Source: Silvibacterium sp. (lineage in GTDB: Bacteria > Acidobacteriota > Terriglobia > Terriglobales > Acidobacteriaceae). Taken from it: 64,000 nt of DNA. Positions within the stretch are counted from its first letter, which is position 1. Every line of letters starts with the position of its first letter. The DNA is taken from positions 9,880 through 73,879 of the forward strand of contig JAFAKX010000110.1 in assembly GCA_019234945.1 (NCBI GenBank), written 5' to 3'. A program made the translations under genes and the position numbers. The notes below the pieces were generated by a model. The model was not told the DNA's origin. It worked only from the letters and a program-made list of their open reading frames with translations, and did not search any database. Below, piece by piece: positions 29,587 through 39,896 of the stretch.

Positions 29587-29666
29587 CGGGAAAGCTCTCT
29601 GTTGCTATCCTGCACCGAGCCGAGGAGATGGGTCAATTGTGCCTCCTAACAGCGCGCTCTGATGCT

Positions 29667-30422
29667 TTACTGCCGCCCGAACCGCCACACCACGCCGGCA
29701 TTAAATCCCAGGTTGTTCTGGATTTCGCTGCCGTAGTTTGTCATGAGGTAATTCGGCGTGAGGCGGATCGCGAACGTCGGCCCCAGATTGAAGTCAATAG
29801 GCGCTCCCACGTTCAGGTTGAACACTGTCCCATCCGGATAGAGCCCGATCAGCGTACCCGGCAAGCCTCCCGTATTCGTGCTGAAGTTACCGTGCCCGAA
29901 TCCGACAAGCACATTCCCGCTCACTGCCCAGTGCTGATGCATCACCAGCCGCGCCTGCGGGCCTCCGAGGAACGTGTACTGGCTGATGCTAGGTTTGAAC
30001 ACCTGGTACTGGTTCACATACGTGAATGCCGTTCCGTAGTAGCCACGGAAATCGGCGGTGATGCCAAGTTTGCCTCTGAAGTAATCGGTGAAGCCCGCAT
30101 TCCAGGCCACCTCATTCAAATGCTGCAGGTGGGGGCCCGGTGTAAACCTCAAATATCCACTGCCGCCGTAAACTTCGTATTTGTGCGTGTAGGTGTCCTG
30201 AATAATCTGCTGTACTCTCTGCCTGCGTCGTGCGTTCACACGCTGTTGCGCCTGCCGCAATACCTCTGACCGCTCGGCCGGCGCCTGCTGCGTGCTCTGA
30301 GCCTGCGGCTGAGTCTGTTGCTGATTTGTTGTGTCTTGCGCCTGGAGAGCCGCCGGCGTCAAAAGTAAAGCCAGGGCCAGAATTGGATACGAGCCGTATC
30401 CCAAACGCTTTCCAAATTGCAT
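29667..30422 (-). CDS. Outer-membrane beta-barrel protein
   Basis: Signal peptide, amphipathic strands, C-terminal GVVWRF. Confidence 0.7.
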   Translation of the reverse strand: MQFGKRLGYGSYPILALALLLTPAALQAQDTTNQQQTQPQAQSTQQAPAERSEVLRQAQQRVNARRRQRVQQIIQDTYTHKYEVYGGSGYLRFTPGPHLQHLNEVAWNAGFTDYFRGKLGITADFRGYYGTAFTYVNQYQVFKPSISQYTFLGGPQARLVMHQHWAVSGNVLVGFGHGNFSTNTGGLPGTLIGLYPDGTVFNLNVGAPIDFNLGPTFAIRLTPNYLMTNYGSEIQNNLGFNAGVVWRFGRQ

Positions 30423-30595
30423 GAATCGTGATGCCTCCACTACCTGCTTGCTCTGAGGGGCCGAAAAAGAAAAGTAGACCTCTGCCTTTATGTATTAAAT
30501 CACTTGCTAGCCCGGTCATGCCGTGCTTTCCTGTCATCAAGGGCCTTTTCGCCTCGCCGAATACCAATTCTCTCGAAATGAGATTTTGACAGGAC

Positions 30596-31234
30596 ATGAA
30601 GGGCTTTCTGTTGGGACTGATCCTGGGACTGCTCGCGCTCCCGCTGTTTGTGTATCTGCATTTCCTTCTTGGTCGTCCACCCGTTGCCGTCGCCGACGTC
30701 CCGTATTGGCTCGAAGAACAAATCGTCAAAGTGCCGCTGCACGCCCGCATCGACAAGGAGATGCCGAAGAGCGCTCCCATTGAACCCAGTGCCACCAACC
30801 TCGAAGCCGGCGCGCACATTTACCGGCAGCAGTGCGCGCCGTGCCATGGCCTCTACGGACGCCCATCCTCCTTCGCCTCGCACATGTACCCTCAAGCCCC
30901 CCAGCTCTGGGCGCCGCACGGTGACGGAGTTGTCGGCGTAAGCGACGATCCCCCTGGCGAAACCTACTGGAAAGTCGCCAACGGCATCCGCCTAAGTGGC
31001 ATGCCCTCTTACAGCAAGGTCCTGAACGAAACCCAGATGTGGCAGGTTTCGCTGCTGCTGGCCAACGCCGACAAGCCTCTGCCCGCGGCGGCCTTGAACC
31101 TGCTCAAGCAGCCTCTCGACCTCGATCCCGCGCCAGCCGGAGTTCCTGCAATCTCTGACGCGCCGCCTCAAAAGATCACCGACCAGGACATCAACTCCAT
31201 GCCCTCGCCTGTTCCCCCGGACAACCAACAGTAG
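30596..31234 (+). CDS. Membrane-anchored c-type cytochrome
   Basis: CAPCH heme motif; GIRLSGMP. Confidence 0.85.
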   Translation: MKGFLLGLILGLLALPLFVYLHFLLGRPPVAVADVPYWLEEQIVKVPLHARIDKEMPKSAPIEPSATNLEAGAHIYRQQCAPCHGLYGRPSSFASHMYPQAPQLWAPHGDGVVGVSDDPPGETYWKVANGIRLSGMPSYSKVLNETQMWQVSLLLANADKPLPAAALNLLKQPLDLDPAPAGVPAISDAPPQKITDQDINSMPSPVPPDNQQ

Positions 31235-31241
31235 TCGGCGC

Positions 31242-32471
31242 TCAATATTTCGACTTAACCACATACGTCACGCCGAACGTGAACTGGAATGAATTCCGCT
31301 TCGTCGATGGAATCGCCGGCGGCGGATTGTTCAGGTAAGTGTCCAGCGTCCCAATCGAGAAGTCCAGGTTCTTGTATCCGGGAATCGCCAGCGTATTGGT
31401 CTCGGTGACGGAGTATGCGCGGGTGTTGTTCCAGGCAGGAATATATGCCACTTCCTGATTGAAGACCATGTCGTGTGGCAGCTTGAGCAGGTAAATGCCC
31501 GCGAACGTAGAGCCGATCAGGTCCTGGTTCACCCCGGGTCTCGCATTGATGAAGCTCTGCTTCTCATACTGCAACGTGGCCTTCAGATCTAATTCCTGCT
31601 TGGGAGTCTTGATCGCCGTCCATCCGATGCCGCCTCCGTAGATCTGCTGCAGGTCCAGCAACAGGCTGTAGTTGTGATCGAAGGCCACCATACCCAGCAC
31701 ATACCAGCGCGGTGACAAATACTCATCGCGCTCAGCGTCGGCGTGGTAAAGCGCCGTCTTGGTCGAAGTCCCGGGATAAAACACGCCTCCCGAGATAAAT
31801 GCCTTTTGCGTGATCTTCCCGTACGATCCCGCGAAGTCTATCGTTGTCCGGTTCCGCGGATTCAGCCATGACAGCGTCGGTATCACCCGCGCCAGCGCCA
31901 CCGCGCCACTGAATGTGTACTGCTTCTGCGTGGATTGCACAATGGTCGCTCCCGCCGTCGCCGATCCATTCCACGCCGTAAAGAAACTCGGCTCGTGTCC
32001 CATCTGCTTGGTCAGTGTTGTCTGGTCTACGATATATGTCGCATCCTTCTCTGCAATCGTCGGAATCGTCGCATTGTTCGCCGGATGCACGGTGACGGTA
32101 TCGGCGGCCACCGTGACTGTTCCCTGCGGAACGCTCGGAGGAACCGGCTTGCGCGGGTTCAGGCTTACACTCTTCTCGATCACCGCCACTTTGGTCTGCG
32201 TGCGTAGTTCCTTAATCTTGCTCCACTCGATGTCGACGTCGCCAACCATGTCACTGTGAAACGTGACTTTTCCTCCCACCTCGTGCAGAAAAGTCCCCGA
32301 AAGCTGATCGCCGTTGGTAAAGACAAGCACATCCGGAGGAGCCTTCGGCGCGTCCGGCTCGGCTCCGAACGATTTCGGTGCGTGGCACAACGCCGCGAGC
32401 GCAAACAAAACAAGGGGAAAAGTGGTGGAGGCGAAAATTCGGCGAGGGTTCGCATTCCTGTGCAGTGACAT
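31242..32471 (-). CDS. DUF481-family outer-membrane barrel protein
   Basis: DVLVFTNGDQLSG; C-terminal FTFGVTY. Confidence 0.75.
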   Translation of the reverse strand: MSLHRNANPRRIFASTTFPLVLFALAALCHAPKSFGAEPDAPKAPPDVLVFTNGDQLSGTFLHEVGGKVTFHSDMVGDVDIEWSKIKELRTQTKVAVIEKSVSLNPRKPVPPSVPQGTVTVAADTVTVHPANNATIPTIAEKDATYIVDQTTLTKQMGHEPSFFTAWNGSATAGATIVQSTQKQYTFSGAVALARVIPTLSWLNPRNRTTIDFAGSYGKITQKAFISGGVFYPGTSTKTALYHADAERDEYLSPRWYVLGMVAFDHNYSLLLDLQQIYGGGIGWTAIKTPKQELDLKATLQYEKQSFINARPGVNQDLIGSTFAGIYLLKLPHDMVFNQEVAYIPAWNNTRAYSVTETNTLAIPGYKNLDFSIGTLDTYLNNPPPAIPSTKRNSFQFTFGVTYVVKSKY

Positions 32472-32669
32472 AGAGAATCTCTCCGTAAAACCTGTTTGCT
32501 TTTGCTTACTGTTCGGTGAAACAGCAGGGCCGTGGTAACAAGCTTTCCGTCAACTGCCTGCCCCGGGGTTTGGGGCAGCAACCATGTTACCGCCATCCGG
32601 CGATTTTGAGGCTTCTACCTGTCTTTCTTCTCGTTTGAAAGCACGATCCAAAGTTCTTAAGATGGATGC

Positions 32670-33716
32670 ATGTCGATCACGCGCCAGCAGGCCCTCGATT
32701 ATTTCCGTTCCGACGATCTCATCGGCCTTGGCATGGATGCCGACGCCGTGCGCCGCAAACTGCATCCTGAGGGCGTGGTCACCTACATCATCGATCGCAA
32801 CATCAACTACACCAACTTCTGTACCGAATACTGCACCTTCTGCGCCTTCTACCGGCCGCTCAAGGGCAAACTCGCCAGCGAAGGCTATATCCTCGACTTC
32901 GAAACCATCTACGCCAAAATTGCCGAAACCGTCGAGATGGGCGGCACCGGCATCCTCATGCAGGGCGGCCTGCATCCCGACCTCAAGATCGAGTGGTTCG
33001 AGCGCCTGCTCCGTGGCATTAAACAGCGCTTCCCGCAGATCTGGTTGCACTGCTTCTCCGCGTCCGAAATCCTCGCTATCGCCGAATACAGCGACCTCTC
33101 CGTGCGCGACACCATCATCCGCCTGCGGGATGCCGGCCTCGACTCGATTCCCGGCGGCGGAGCCGAAATCCTCGACGACGAAGTCCGTCACCGTATCGCG
33201 CGCCTCAAGTGCAGCACAGACGACTGGGTCCTCGTCCACCGCACGGCCCATCAACTCGGCATGCGCACGACAGCGACGATGATGTTTGGCGTCGGCGAAA
33301 CCTACGATCACCGGATAAACCACTTCGAACAGGTTCGCCGCCTTCAGGAAGAAACCGGCGGATTCACCGCCTTCATCCCCTGGAGCTTTCAGCCCAAACA
33401 CACCGCCCTCGGTGGACGCGGCTGGGACGAAGCCACCGCCGTCGAGTACCTCAAGGTCCTCGCCATCTCACGCCTCTACCTCGATAACATCGAGAACGTG
33501 CAGGCAAGTTGGGTCACGCAGGGACTCAAGGTTCTGCAACTCGGCCTCCGCTTCGGAGGCAACGACGTCGGCTCCGTCATGCTCGAAGAAAACGTCGTCA
33601 AGGCCGCCGGCACCTCCAACTGCACCACCGAAGAGGAGCTGCGCCTCATCATCCGCGACGCCGGCTTCAAGCCCGTCCAGCGCGACACTTTGTATCGGAC
33701 TATGTTTCTGAATTGA
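32670..33716 (+). CDS. mqnC: Cyclic dehypoxanthine futalosine synthase (radical SAM)
   Basis: RNINYTNFCTEYCTFCAFYR, PGGGAEIL, GFTAFIPW, EENVV. Confidence 0.9.
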   Translation: MSITRQQALDYFRSDDLIGLGMDADAVRRKLHPEGVVTYIIDRNINYTNFCTEYCTFCAFYRPLKGKLASEGYILDFETIYAKIAETVEMGGTGILMQGGLHPDLKIEWFERLLRGIKQRFPQIWLHCFSASEILAIAEYSDLSVRDTIIRLRDAGLDSIPGGGAEILDDEVRHRIARLKCSTDDWVLVHRTAHQLGMRTTATMMFGVGETYDHRINHFEQVRRLQEETGGFTAFIPWSFQPKHTALGGRGWDEATAVEYLKVLAISRLYLDNIENVQASWVTQGLKVLQLGLRFGGNDVGSVMLEENVVKAAGTSNCTTEEELRLIIRDAGFKPVQRDTLYRTMFLN

Positions 33717-33761
33717 AGGAATTAGATTCGCACGCTAGTGCGCTTTCGCCGTGCGCGCAGC

Positions 33762-33788
33762 ACCTCTGATATTCTGAATATCAGAGGT
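33762..33788. promoter_or_regulatory. Perfect 13-bp inverted repeat, probable TA operator
   Basis: ACCTCTGATATTC-T-GAATATCAGAGGT, 5 nt before the antitoxin ATG. Confidence 0.7.
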
Positions 33789-33793
33789 TCAGT

Positions 33794-34177
33794 ATGGATA
33801 CCACCCGCATCGGCAAACGCGGAACCTTCGTGATTCCCGTCAAGCTCCGGCAGCGCTTCAACATCAAGGAAGGCGATCTGTTTCTCGCGGAAGAGCGCGA
33901 AGACGGTATCCTTCTGCGTCCCGCAGTGGCCATGCCAGTCGAGATCTACACGCCGGAACGCAAAGCGGAGTTTTTTCTCAATAATGCCGTGAGCAAAGAA
34001 GACTACGACGCCGCCTGCGAAGAAATCCGCGCCATGGGACTCGATCCGGCAAAAATTCCTCACACCGAAGATGTCAGCCGCGACGCCCTGCCGAGCCGTG
34101 CTGAGATGAATCAGCAGTGGGAAGCTATCCGAAAGAAATTAAGCAAAAGGACAGAGTCGAGCAGACGCCATGCCTGA
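33794..34177 (+). CDS. AbrB/MazE-family antitoxin
   Basis: IGKRGTFVIPVKLRQRFNIKEGD...DGILLRP. Confidence 0.88.
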   Translation: MDTTRIGKRGTFVIPVKLRQRFNIKEGDLFLAEEREDGILLRPAVAMPVEIYTPERKAEFFLNNAVSKEDYDAACEEIRAMGLDPAKIPHTEDVSRDALPSRAEMNQQWEAIRKKLSKRTESSRRHA

Positions 34178-34625
34178 CAGGCTGCACGTCTTTCTGGATT
34201 CCAATATTTTGTTTTCGGCAACCTACAAGCAAAACCATGATTTTCTGCGTTTTTGGAACACTCCGGAGATCATCGCGATGACTTCACCCTATGCAGTTCG
34301 CGAGACGCGGCGAAACTGCAACAGTGAAGTCCAATTGCAGCGTCTCGACATTCTGATCGAAAAAACGATAATTGTTTCTGATGCGGCCCCCGATATTGTT
34401 CCGTCTGGCATCCATCTCCCCGCGAAAGACATCCCCATCCTTGCCTCTGCAATTTATGCAAGCGCAGACCTTCTCATTACTGGAGACAAGGTCCACTTCT
34501 CCCGCTGGATGAATCAGCCCATCAAAACACATCATGGGAACCTCCTCATCATCATGAGACCTCGTCCTTTTTTGGATTGGCTGCGCGATGATTTTGGATC
34601 CCGCCAGAACAGTACAATGCTTTAA
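34170..34625 (+). CDS. PIN-domain (VapC-like) toxin
   Basis: VFLDSNILFS, KDIPILASA, LITGDKVHF. Confidence 0.88.
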   Translation: MPDRLHVFLDSNILFSATYKQNHDFLRFWNTPEIIAMTSPYAVRETRRNCNSEVQLQRLDILIEKTIIVSDAAPDIVPSGIHLPAKDIPILASAIYASADLLITGDKVHFSRWMNQPIKTHHGNLLIIMRPRPFLDWLRDDFGSRQNSTML

Positions 34626-34650
34626 GCACTTTTTCGCCGGAGGCACCACC

Positions 34651-36309
34651 CTGCTCCAACACGCCCTCCAACTGATCGCAAGCAGCCTGACCTCCATCGC
34701 TCTCGCCTTCCTTCAGCAGAAGCACGACCTTCGCCACTATCTCCGTTCCCACTACGCCGACCACACCTTCGAGCATCTTTATCGCTGGAACTGGTTCGAC
34801 ACCTCGCTCCTCATCCCTTATTTCGTGGTGATGATCATCCTGGCCTTCTACGGATTGCACCGCTACCAGCTCGTTTACCTCTATTACAAGCACCGCAAGA
34901 ACGCCGCCAAGGAACCGCCCCGTCATTTCGAGCAGCTTCCGCGCGTCACTATCCAGCTGCCCATCTTCAACGAGCAGTTCGTCATCGACCGCCTCATCGA
35001 GGCCTGCACGCAGATCGACTACCCGCTCGAATTGCTCGACATCCAGGTCCTCGACGACTCGACCGACGAAACCAGAGAGGTCGCCGCCTCCATCTGCGAT
35101 CGCTACCGCGCCCTCGGATATCCCCTCTACTACCTGCACCGCACCAATCGTCACGGCTTCAAGGCAGGAGCCCTCGACGAAGGCCTCAAAATCGCCCAGG
35201 GCGAATTCATTGCCATCTTCGACGCTGACTTCGTGCCTCCGCGCGACTGGCTCATGAAGGTCATCCACCACTTCGCCCAGCCCGAAATCGGCATGGTGCA
35301 GACGCGCTGGACGCACCTGAACCGCGACTACAGCTTCCTCACCCAGGTCGAGGCCATCCTCCTCGACGGCCACTTCGTTCTCGAGCACGGAGGCCGCTCG
35401 CGCGCTCAGGTCTTCTTCAACTTCAACGGAACCGCCGGCATGTGGCGTCGCACCACCATCGACGAAGCGGGCGGCTGGCAGCACGATACGCTCACCGAAG
35501 ATACCGACCTCAGCTACCGCGCGCAGCTCAAAGGCTGGAAGTTCAAATACCTTCAGGATGTCGAGTGCCCCTCCGAACTGCCCATCGAGATGACCGCCTT
35601 CAAAACACAACAGGCCCGCTGGGCTAAGGGCCTCATCCAGACCTCGAAGAAAATCCTTCCGTACGTCTTCAAAAGCGATCAGCCCTGGCACACCAAGCTC
35701 GAAGCCTGGTACCACCTCACCGCGAACCTCAGCTATCCGCTGATGATCGTCCTCTCCGTCCTGCTCATGCCGGCCATGATCATCCGCTTCTACCAGGGAT
35801 GGTTCCAGATGCTGCTCATCGATCTGCCGCTCTTCATGGCGTCGACGTTTTCGATCTCGTCCTTCTATTTGGTCTCCCAAAAAGAGCTCTACCCGCGCCG
35901 CTGGTATCGGACCTTTCTCTATCTGCCCTTCCTCATGTCGCTCGGCATCGGACTCACCGTCACCAACACCCGCGCCGTCATGGAAGCCCTCTTCGGCATT
36001 AAGAGTTCGTTCAAGCGCACGCCGAAGTACCGTGTCGAGAAGCGCGGGGAAAAAGCGCAGGCCGCGAAATACCGCAAACGCCTCGGCATCGTCCCCTGGA
36101 TCGAGCTCGGCATCGGCTGCTACTTCGCGCTGACCATCTGGTACGCCTGGGCGAACGAGAACTACTTCACCATCCCGTTTCTGTTTCTGTTCGTAGTTGG
36201 CTACTGGTACACCGGACTGCTCTCACTTCTGCAGGGCCGCTTCGAGCAATGGCGCTCCGGAGCGAATCTCGACGAATCGTCGCCCAAGCCGTATCCAGTG
36301 GGTGTATAG
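34651..36309 (+). CDS. GT2 cellulose-synthase-like glycosyltransferase
   Basis: IQVLDDSTD, FKAGAL, FDADF, TED, QQARW; start uncertain (CTG 34651 has GGAGG; ATG at 34588 is the alternative). Confidence 0.88.
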   Translation: MLQHALQLIASSLTSIALAFLQQKHDLRHYLRSHYADHTFEHLYRWNWFDTSLLIPYFVVMIILAFYGLHRYQLVYLYYKHRKNAAKEPPRHFEQLPRVTIQLPIFNEQFVIDRLIEACTQIDYPLELLDIQVLDDSTDETREVAASICDRYRALGYPLYYLHRTNRHGFKAGALDEGLKIAQGEFIAIFDADFVPPRDWLMKVIHHFAQPEIGMVQTRWTHLNRDYSFLTQVEAILLDGHFVLEHGGRSRAQVFFNFNGTAGMWRRTTIDEAGGWQHDTLTEDTDLSYRAQLKGWKFKYLQDVECPSELPIEMTAFKTQQARWAKGLIQTSKKILPYVFKSDQPWHTKLEAWYHLTANLSYPLMIVLSVLLMPAMIIRFYQGWFQMLLIDLPLFMASTFSISSFYLVSQKELYPRRWYRTFLYLPFLMSLGIGLTVTNTRAVMEALFGIKSSFKRTPKYRVEKRGEKAQAAKYRKRLGIVPWIELGIGCYFALTIWYAWANENYFTIPFLFLFVVGYWYTGLLSLLQGRFEQWRSGANLDESSPKPYPVGV

Positions 36310-36365
36310 AAAGCTGGAGAAGCCTCTTATATCTGGCTCCAGTTGGATAGTATTCTGAGATCACG

Positions 36366-36623
36366 ATGAGCGTTGTCGAAGACGTCCGTACAGTCATTCA
36401 AGATTTTCTTGCACCCGCACTCCGCGAACTCAAAGCGCGCGTGGATGCGCTGGAGAAGCGCATGGACGAGCGTTTCAAACACGTCGACGAGCGCTTTGAC
36501 CTGGCAGAGCGCACTGCGCAGGCTCGTCACGACCAGATCATGAACGCTATTCAACACCTGACGGATTACACAACGCTCGCGCAGCGCGTCGCCCGCCTCG
36601 AATCCCGGGAATCCGCGCACTAA
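36366..36623 (+). CDS. Small coiled-coil hypothetical protein
   Basis: LEKRMDERFKHVDERF heptads. Confidence 0.65.
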   Translation: MSVVEDVRTVIQDFLAPALRELKARVDALEKRMDERFKHVDERFDLAERTAQARHDQIMNAIQHLTDYTTLAQRVARLESRESAH

Positions 36624-36658
36624 CCGCCTCATCAATACCCTCGTTAAACTAATCTCAG

Positions 36659-37396
36659 ATGCTTTCCACCCTCAGTGCCGCTGCGGTCGCCGGACTCACC
36701 GTCGGCGGATACTTCTACGCCGGGATGTGGCCCACGTCGCAGATTTTCGGCAAAACCATCCTCGCCGGACGCGACCCCAACGAATACGCCCTGACCTACG
36801 ACGACGGACCCAACGACGTCTGCACCGAGCAGTTGCTCGAAGTCCTCGCCCGGCACAACGTACGCGCCACCTTCTTTCTCATCGGACGCTTCGTCCGCGA
36901 ACGCCGCGACCTTACGCGCCGCATCCACGCAGCCGGACACCTCATCGGCAACCACACCTTCACCCATCCCGTGCTGCTCTTCGAGTCACCGTCGCGCGCA
37001 CGTGAGGAACTCGCCTCGACCAACGCTGCTATCGAAGACGCCATCGGAGAGCCAGTTCGTTATTTCCGCCCGCCCCACGGAGCACGCCGTCCCGACGTCC
37101 TCCGCACTGCCCGCGAACTCGGCCTCACCCCCGTCCTTTGGAACGCCGTGGGCAATGACTGGAAGCCGGCCCTGAATCCCGAAGCCATTCTCGCCAACCT
37201 CGAGAAGGGAATCCGCCGCAACCGCGAGCGCGGCCAAGGATCGAACCTGCTTCTCCACGACGGCGGTCAGGCTGGCATCGGCCAGGATCGACGCGCGACC
37301 ATCGCCGCCACGGCTAACTTTCTTGCGCGCGCGAAGCAGCAGCAGATCCGATTCGTTACCGTAGACGCCTGGAATGCAGGCGCACCAGAGAGATAA
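36659..37396 (+). CDS. Polysaccharide deacetylase (CE4/NodB)
   Basis: LTYDDGP, GNHTFTHP, FRPPHG, LLLHDG. Confidence 0.92.
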   Translation: MLSTLSAAAVAGLTVGGYFYAGMWPTSQIFGKTILAGRDPNEYALTYDDGPNDVCTEQLLEVLARHNVRATFFLIGRFVRERRDLTRRIHAAGHLIGNHTFTHPVLLFESPSRAREELASTNAAIEDAIGEPVRYFRPPHGARRPDVLRTARELGLTPVLWNAVGNDWKPALNPEAILANLEKGIRRNRERGQGSNLLLHDGGQAGIGQDRRATIAATANFLARAKQQQIRFVTVDAWNAGAPER

Positions 37397-37496
37397 CCTC
37401 GCCGCACCGCAACTTTATTCCTTTCGCGCTCCTCGCAACTTTGCCCGCACGCTCGCGTTCATCTGCATGGGAAATAAGCAAGGAGAAAGTCACCCT

Positions 37497-37922
37497 ATGC
37501 AGCGCTCAAAACTTTTCGTCGCCATCGCAGCACTCGGACTCGCCGCTTCGGCACTCACCACGCAGGCCCAGTACTATCCCGCCCCGCAGAGGGAGCGCCC
37601 TGCCTTCTACCTCGGCAAAGCGCATGTCGACGGGCGTGTCGACCACGACGATATCCACGTCGGCCGCTACGAAGGCCGCTTCCACTCTGTCCTGCTCCAG
37701 GTGCACAACGCGCCGATTATGTTCGACCACGTCGTCATCCATTACGGAGACGGCTACGCCCAGACGCTGCCCATAAACCGCTTCATCCCGCCCGGCGGCA
37801 ACAGCCAGTGGATCGCCCTGCCCGGCGGCGAGCGCGTGATTCACAGCGTCGAGCTCTGGTACGCCCGAGCCCGCCCCGACGACCCCGACCGCCCCGAGGT
37901 CGAACTCTACGGCGCGCCCTGA
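37497..37922 (+). CDS. Exported DUF2541/YaaI-like protein
   Basis: AGGAG SD, signal peptide, DHDDIHVG..IALPGGERVI..VELWY. Confidence 0.6.
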   Translation: MQRSKLFVAIAALGLAASALTTQAQYYPAPQRERPAFYLGKAHVDGRVDHDDIHVGRYEGRFHSVLLQVHNAPIMFDHVVIHYGDGYAQTLPINRFIPPGGNSQWIALPGGERVIHSVELWYARARPDDPDRPEVELYGAP

Positions 37923-37931
37923 TAGACAAAG

Positions 37932-37960
37932 GCCCTGCGCAGAGCCAATCCGCGCAGGGC
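37932..37960. terminator. Hairpin between convergent genes
   Basis: GCCCTGCGC-N11-GCGCAGGGC. Confidence 0.6.
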
Positions 37961-37979
37961 TGCGTTCGCCCGGGGATCT

Positions 37980-39284
37980 CTACGCTGTCAGGACCGCCGC
38001 AAACGCCTCTTTCGCAGCCGCGATGGTCTGCTGGATGTCCTCCATCGTGTGTGCCGTCCCGAGAAAAACAGCCTCGTATTGTGACGGGGGCAGCCACACC
38101 CCCTGATCCAGCATGGCCCGATGGAAGCGCGCGAACGCCGCGGTATCGGACGTCGCTGCCCTGGCAAAATCGGTTACTGGACCTGAGGTAAAGAACCACG
38201 TCCACATCGCGCCAACGCGATTGGTGGTCATCGGCACGCCGGCCTTGGCCGCCTCGGCCGCAACGCCCTCAGCAACCGCCTTACTCAGTCTCTCGATCAG
38301 CGGATACACCTCGTCACGGTGCTCCATAAGATATCCGACTGTCGCGATGCCGGCCGCCATCGCCAGCGGATTCCCGCTCAGCGTCCCTGCCTGGTACACC
38401 GCCCCGAGCGGCGCGAGCATATCCATGATCTCCGCGCGCCCTCCAAACGCTGCGCACGGCAGCCCGCCTCCGATGATCTTGCCCAGCGTGGTCATATCGG
38501 GAGTGACGCCGTACAGCTCCTGCGCCCCGCCCAGCGCGACCCGGAAACCCGTCATCACCTCGTCGAGGATGAGTACGGCGCCCTCTCGTGCCGTGATCTC
38601 ACGCAGCGCCTCGAGATACCCCCCGGCAGGAGGGATACACCCCGCATTCCCGACGACAGGTTCGACAATCACACACGCGATCTCGCCCTTGTGCTCCGCA
38701 AACGCCGCCTCGACGGCGAAGACACTGTTGAAAGGCAGGGCCAGCGTGAGATGTGCAATCTCCTCTGGGACGCCCGCCGATCCCGGAATACCAAACGTTG
38801 CAACGCCTGACCCCGCCTTCACCAGCAGCCCGTCGGAATGCCCGTGATAGCACCCCTCGAACTTCACAACGTATTTGCGTCCGGTGAAGGCCCGCGCCAG
38901 CCGGATCGCCGACATGGTCGCCTCCGTCCCGGAGCTGACGAAACGCAGCTTCTCGATTGAGGGAAACGCCTTCACGACCAGCTCGGCCAGATCTGCCTCG
39001 GCACCGGTGGACGCGCCAAAGCTTGCACTCCGCGCTGCGGCCCCCTGCACGGCTTCAACGGCAGCCGGAAAGGCATGCCCGAGAATCATCGCCCCCCACG
39101 AGCCGAAGTAGTCGATGTACCGGTTGCCGTCTGCGTCCCACAGATACGCGCCCTCGCCACGATCCACAAAGGGCGGCTCTCCTCCCACGGCGCGAAACGC
39201 GCGCACCGGCGAATCTACTCCACCGGGCAGGAGCTTTTCAGCACGCTGCTGCAGCACGCGCGAACGGGTCAATTGTCTCGACAT
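37980..39284 (-). CDS. hemL: Glutamate-1-semialdehyde 2,1-aminomutase
   Basis: [42 protein letters not shown]. Confidence 0.96.
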   Translation of the reverse strand: MSRQLTRSRVLQQRAEKLLPGGVDSPVRAFRAVGGEPPFVDRGEGAYLWDADGNRYIDYFGSWGAMILGHAFPAAVEAVQGAAARSASFGASTGAEADLAELVVKAFPSIEKLRFVSSGTEATMSAIRLARAFTGRKYVVKFEGCYHGHSDGLLVKAGSGVATFGIPGSAGVPEEIAHLTLALPFNSVFAVEAAFAEHKGEIACVIVEPVVGNAGCIPPAGGYLEALREITAREGAVLILDEVMTGFRVALGGAQELYGVTPDMTTLGKIIGGGLPCAAFGGRAEIMDMLAPLGAVYQAGTLSGNPLAMAAGIATVGYLMEHRDEVYPLIERLSKAVAEGVAAEAAKAGVPMTTNRVGAMWTWFFTSGPVTDFARAATSDTAAFARFHRAMLDQGVWLPPSQYEAVFLGTAHTMEDIQQTIAAAKEAFAAVLTA

Positions 39285-39311
39285 GGATTCAGTATAGAAG
39301 CGCGATGAGCC

Positions 39312-39833
39312 CTACCACTTCTTGCGCTCTTCGAGATAGATCTTCGTGTAATCCTGATAATTCCGCGCGTACTTCAGGATCAGATCGCGGTCGTCCGTCA
39401 TCAGCTCACGGCGCACTTTGGCCGGAACCCCCGCCACCAGCGATCGCGCCGGCACGACCATGCCTTCCGGCACCACGGCCCCCGCCGCAACAATTGACCC
39501 CTCGCCAATCTTCGCGTTGTTCATAATGGTGGCGCCCATCCCGATCAGGCACGTGTCCTCGACTACGCACCCGTGGACCGTCGCATTGTGCCCGATCGTC
39601 ACATACTCGCCCACTATCACTGGATACAGGTTCCGCATCCCGTGTAGCACGACACAATCCTGCACGTTTGAGTGCGCGCCCACACGGATCGAGTGCACAT
39701 CGCCGCGCACCACCGCGTTCATCCACACGCTCGAACATTCCCCGAGCACCACGTCGCCGATCACCTGCGCCGACACATCGACGTAACAATTCTCGGGAAC
39801 GACCGGCGTATGCCCCTGATACGACCGAATCAT
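39312..39833 (-). CDS. Gamma carbonic anhydrase family hexapeptide-repeat protein
   Basis: VVRGDV, SNVQDCVVLH, TIGHNATVHGC. Confidence 0.92.
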   Translation of the reverse strand: MIRSYQGHTPVVPENCYVDVSAQVIGDVVLGECSSVWMNAVVRGDVHSIRVGAHSNVQDCVVLHGMRNLYPVIVGEYVTIGHNATVHGCVVEDTCLIGMGATIMNNAKIGEGSIVAAGAVVPEGMVVPARSLVAGVPAKVRRELMTDDRDLILKYARNYQDYTKIYLEERKKW

Positions 39834-39896
39834 GCACTCCAGTGTAGTCCCGAATCCGGCGGCTCGCCTCGTCCATCATTTATCCTCAAAAAGATC

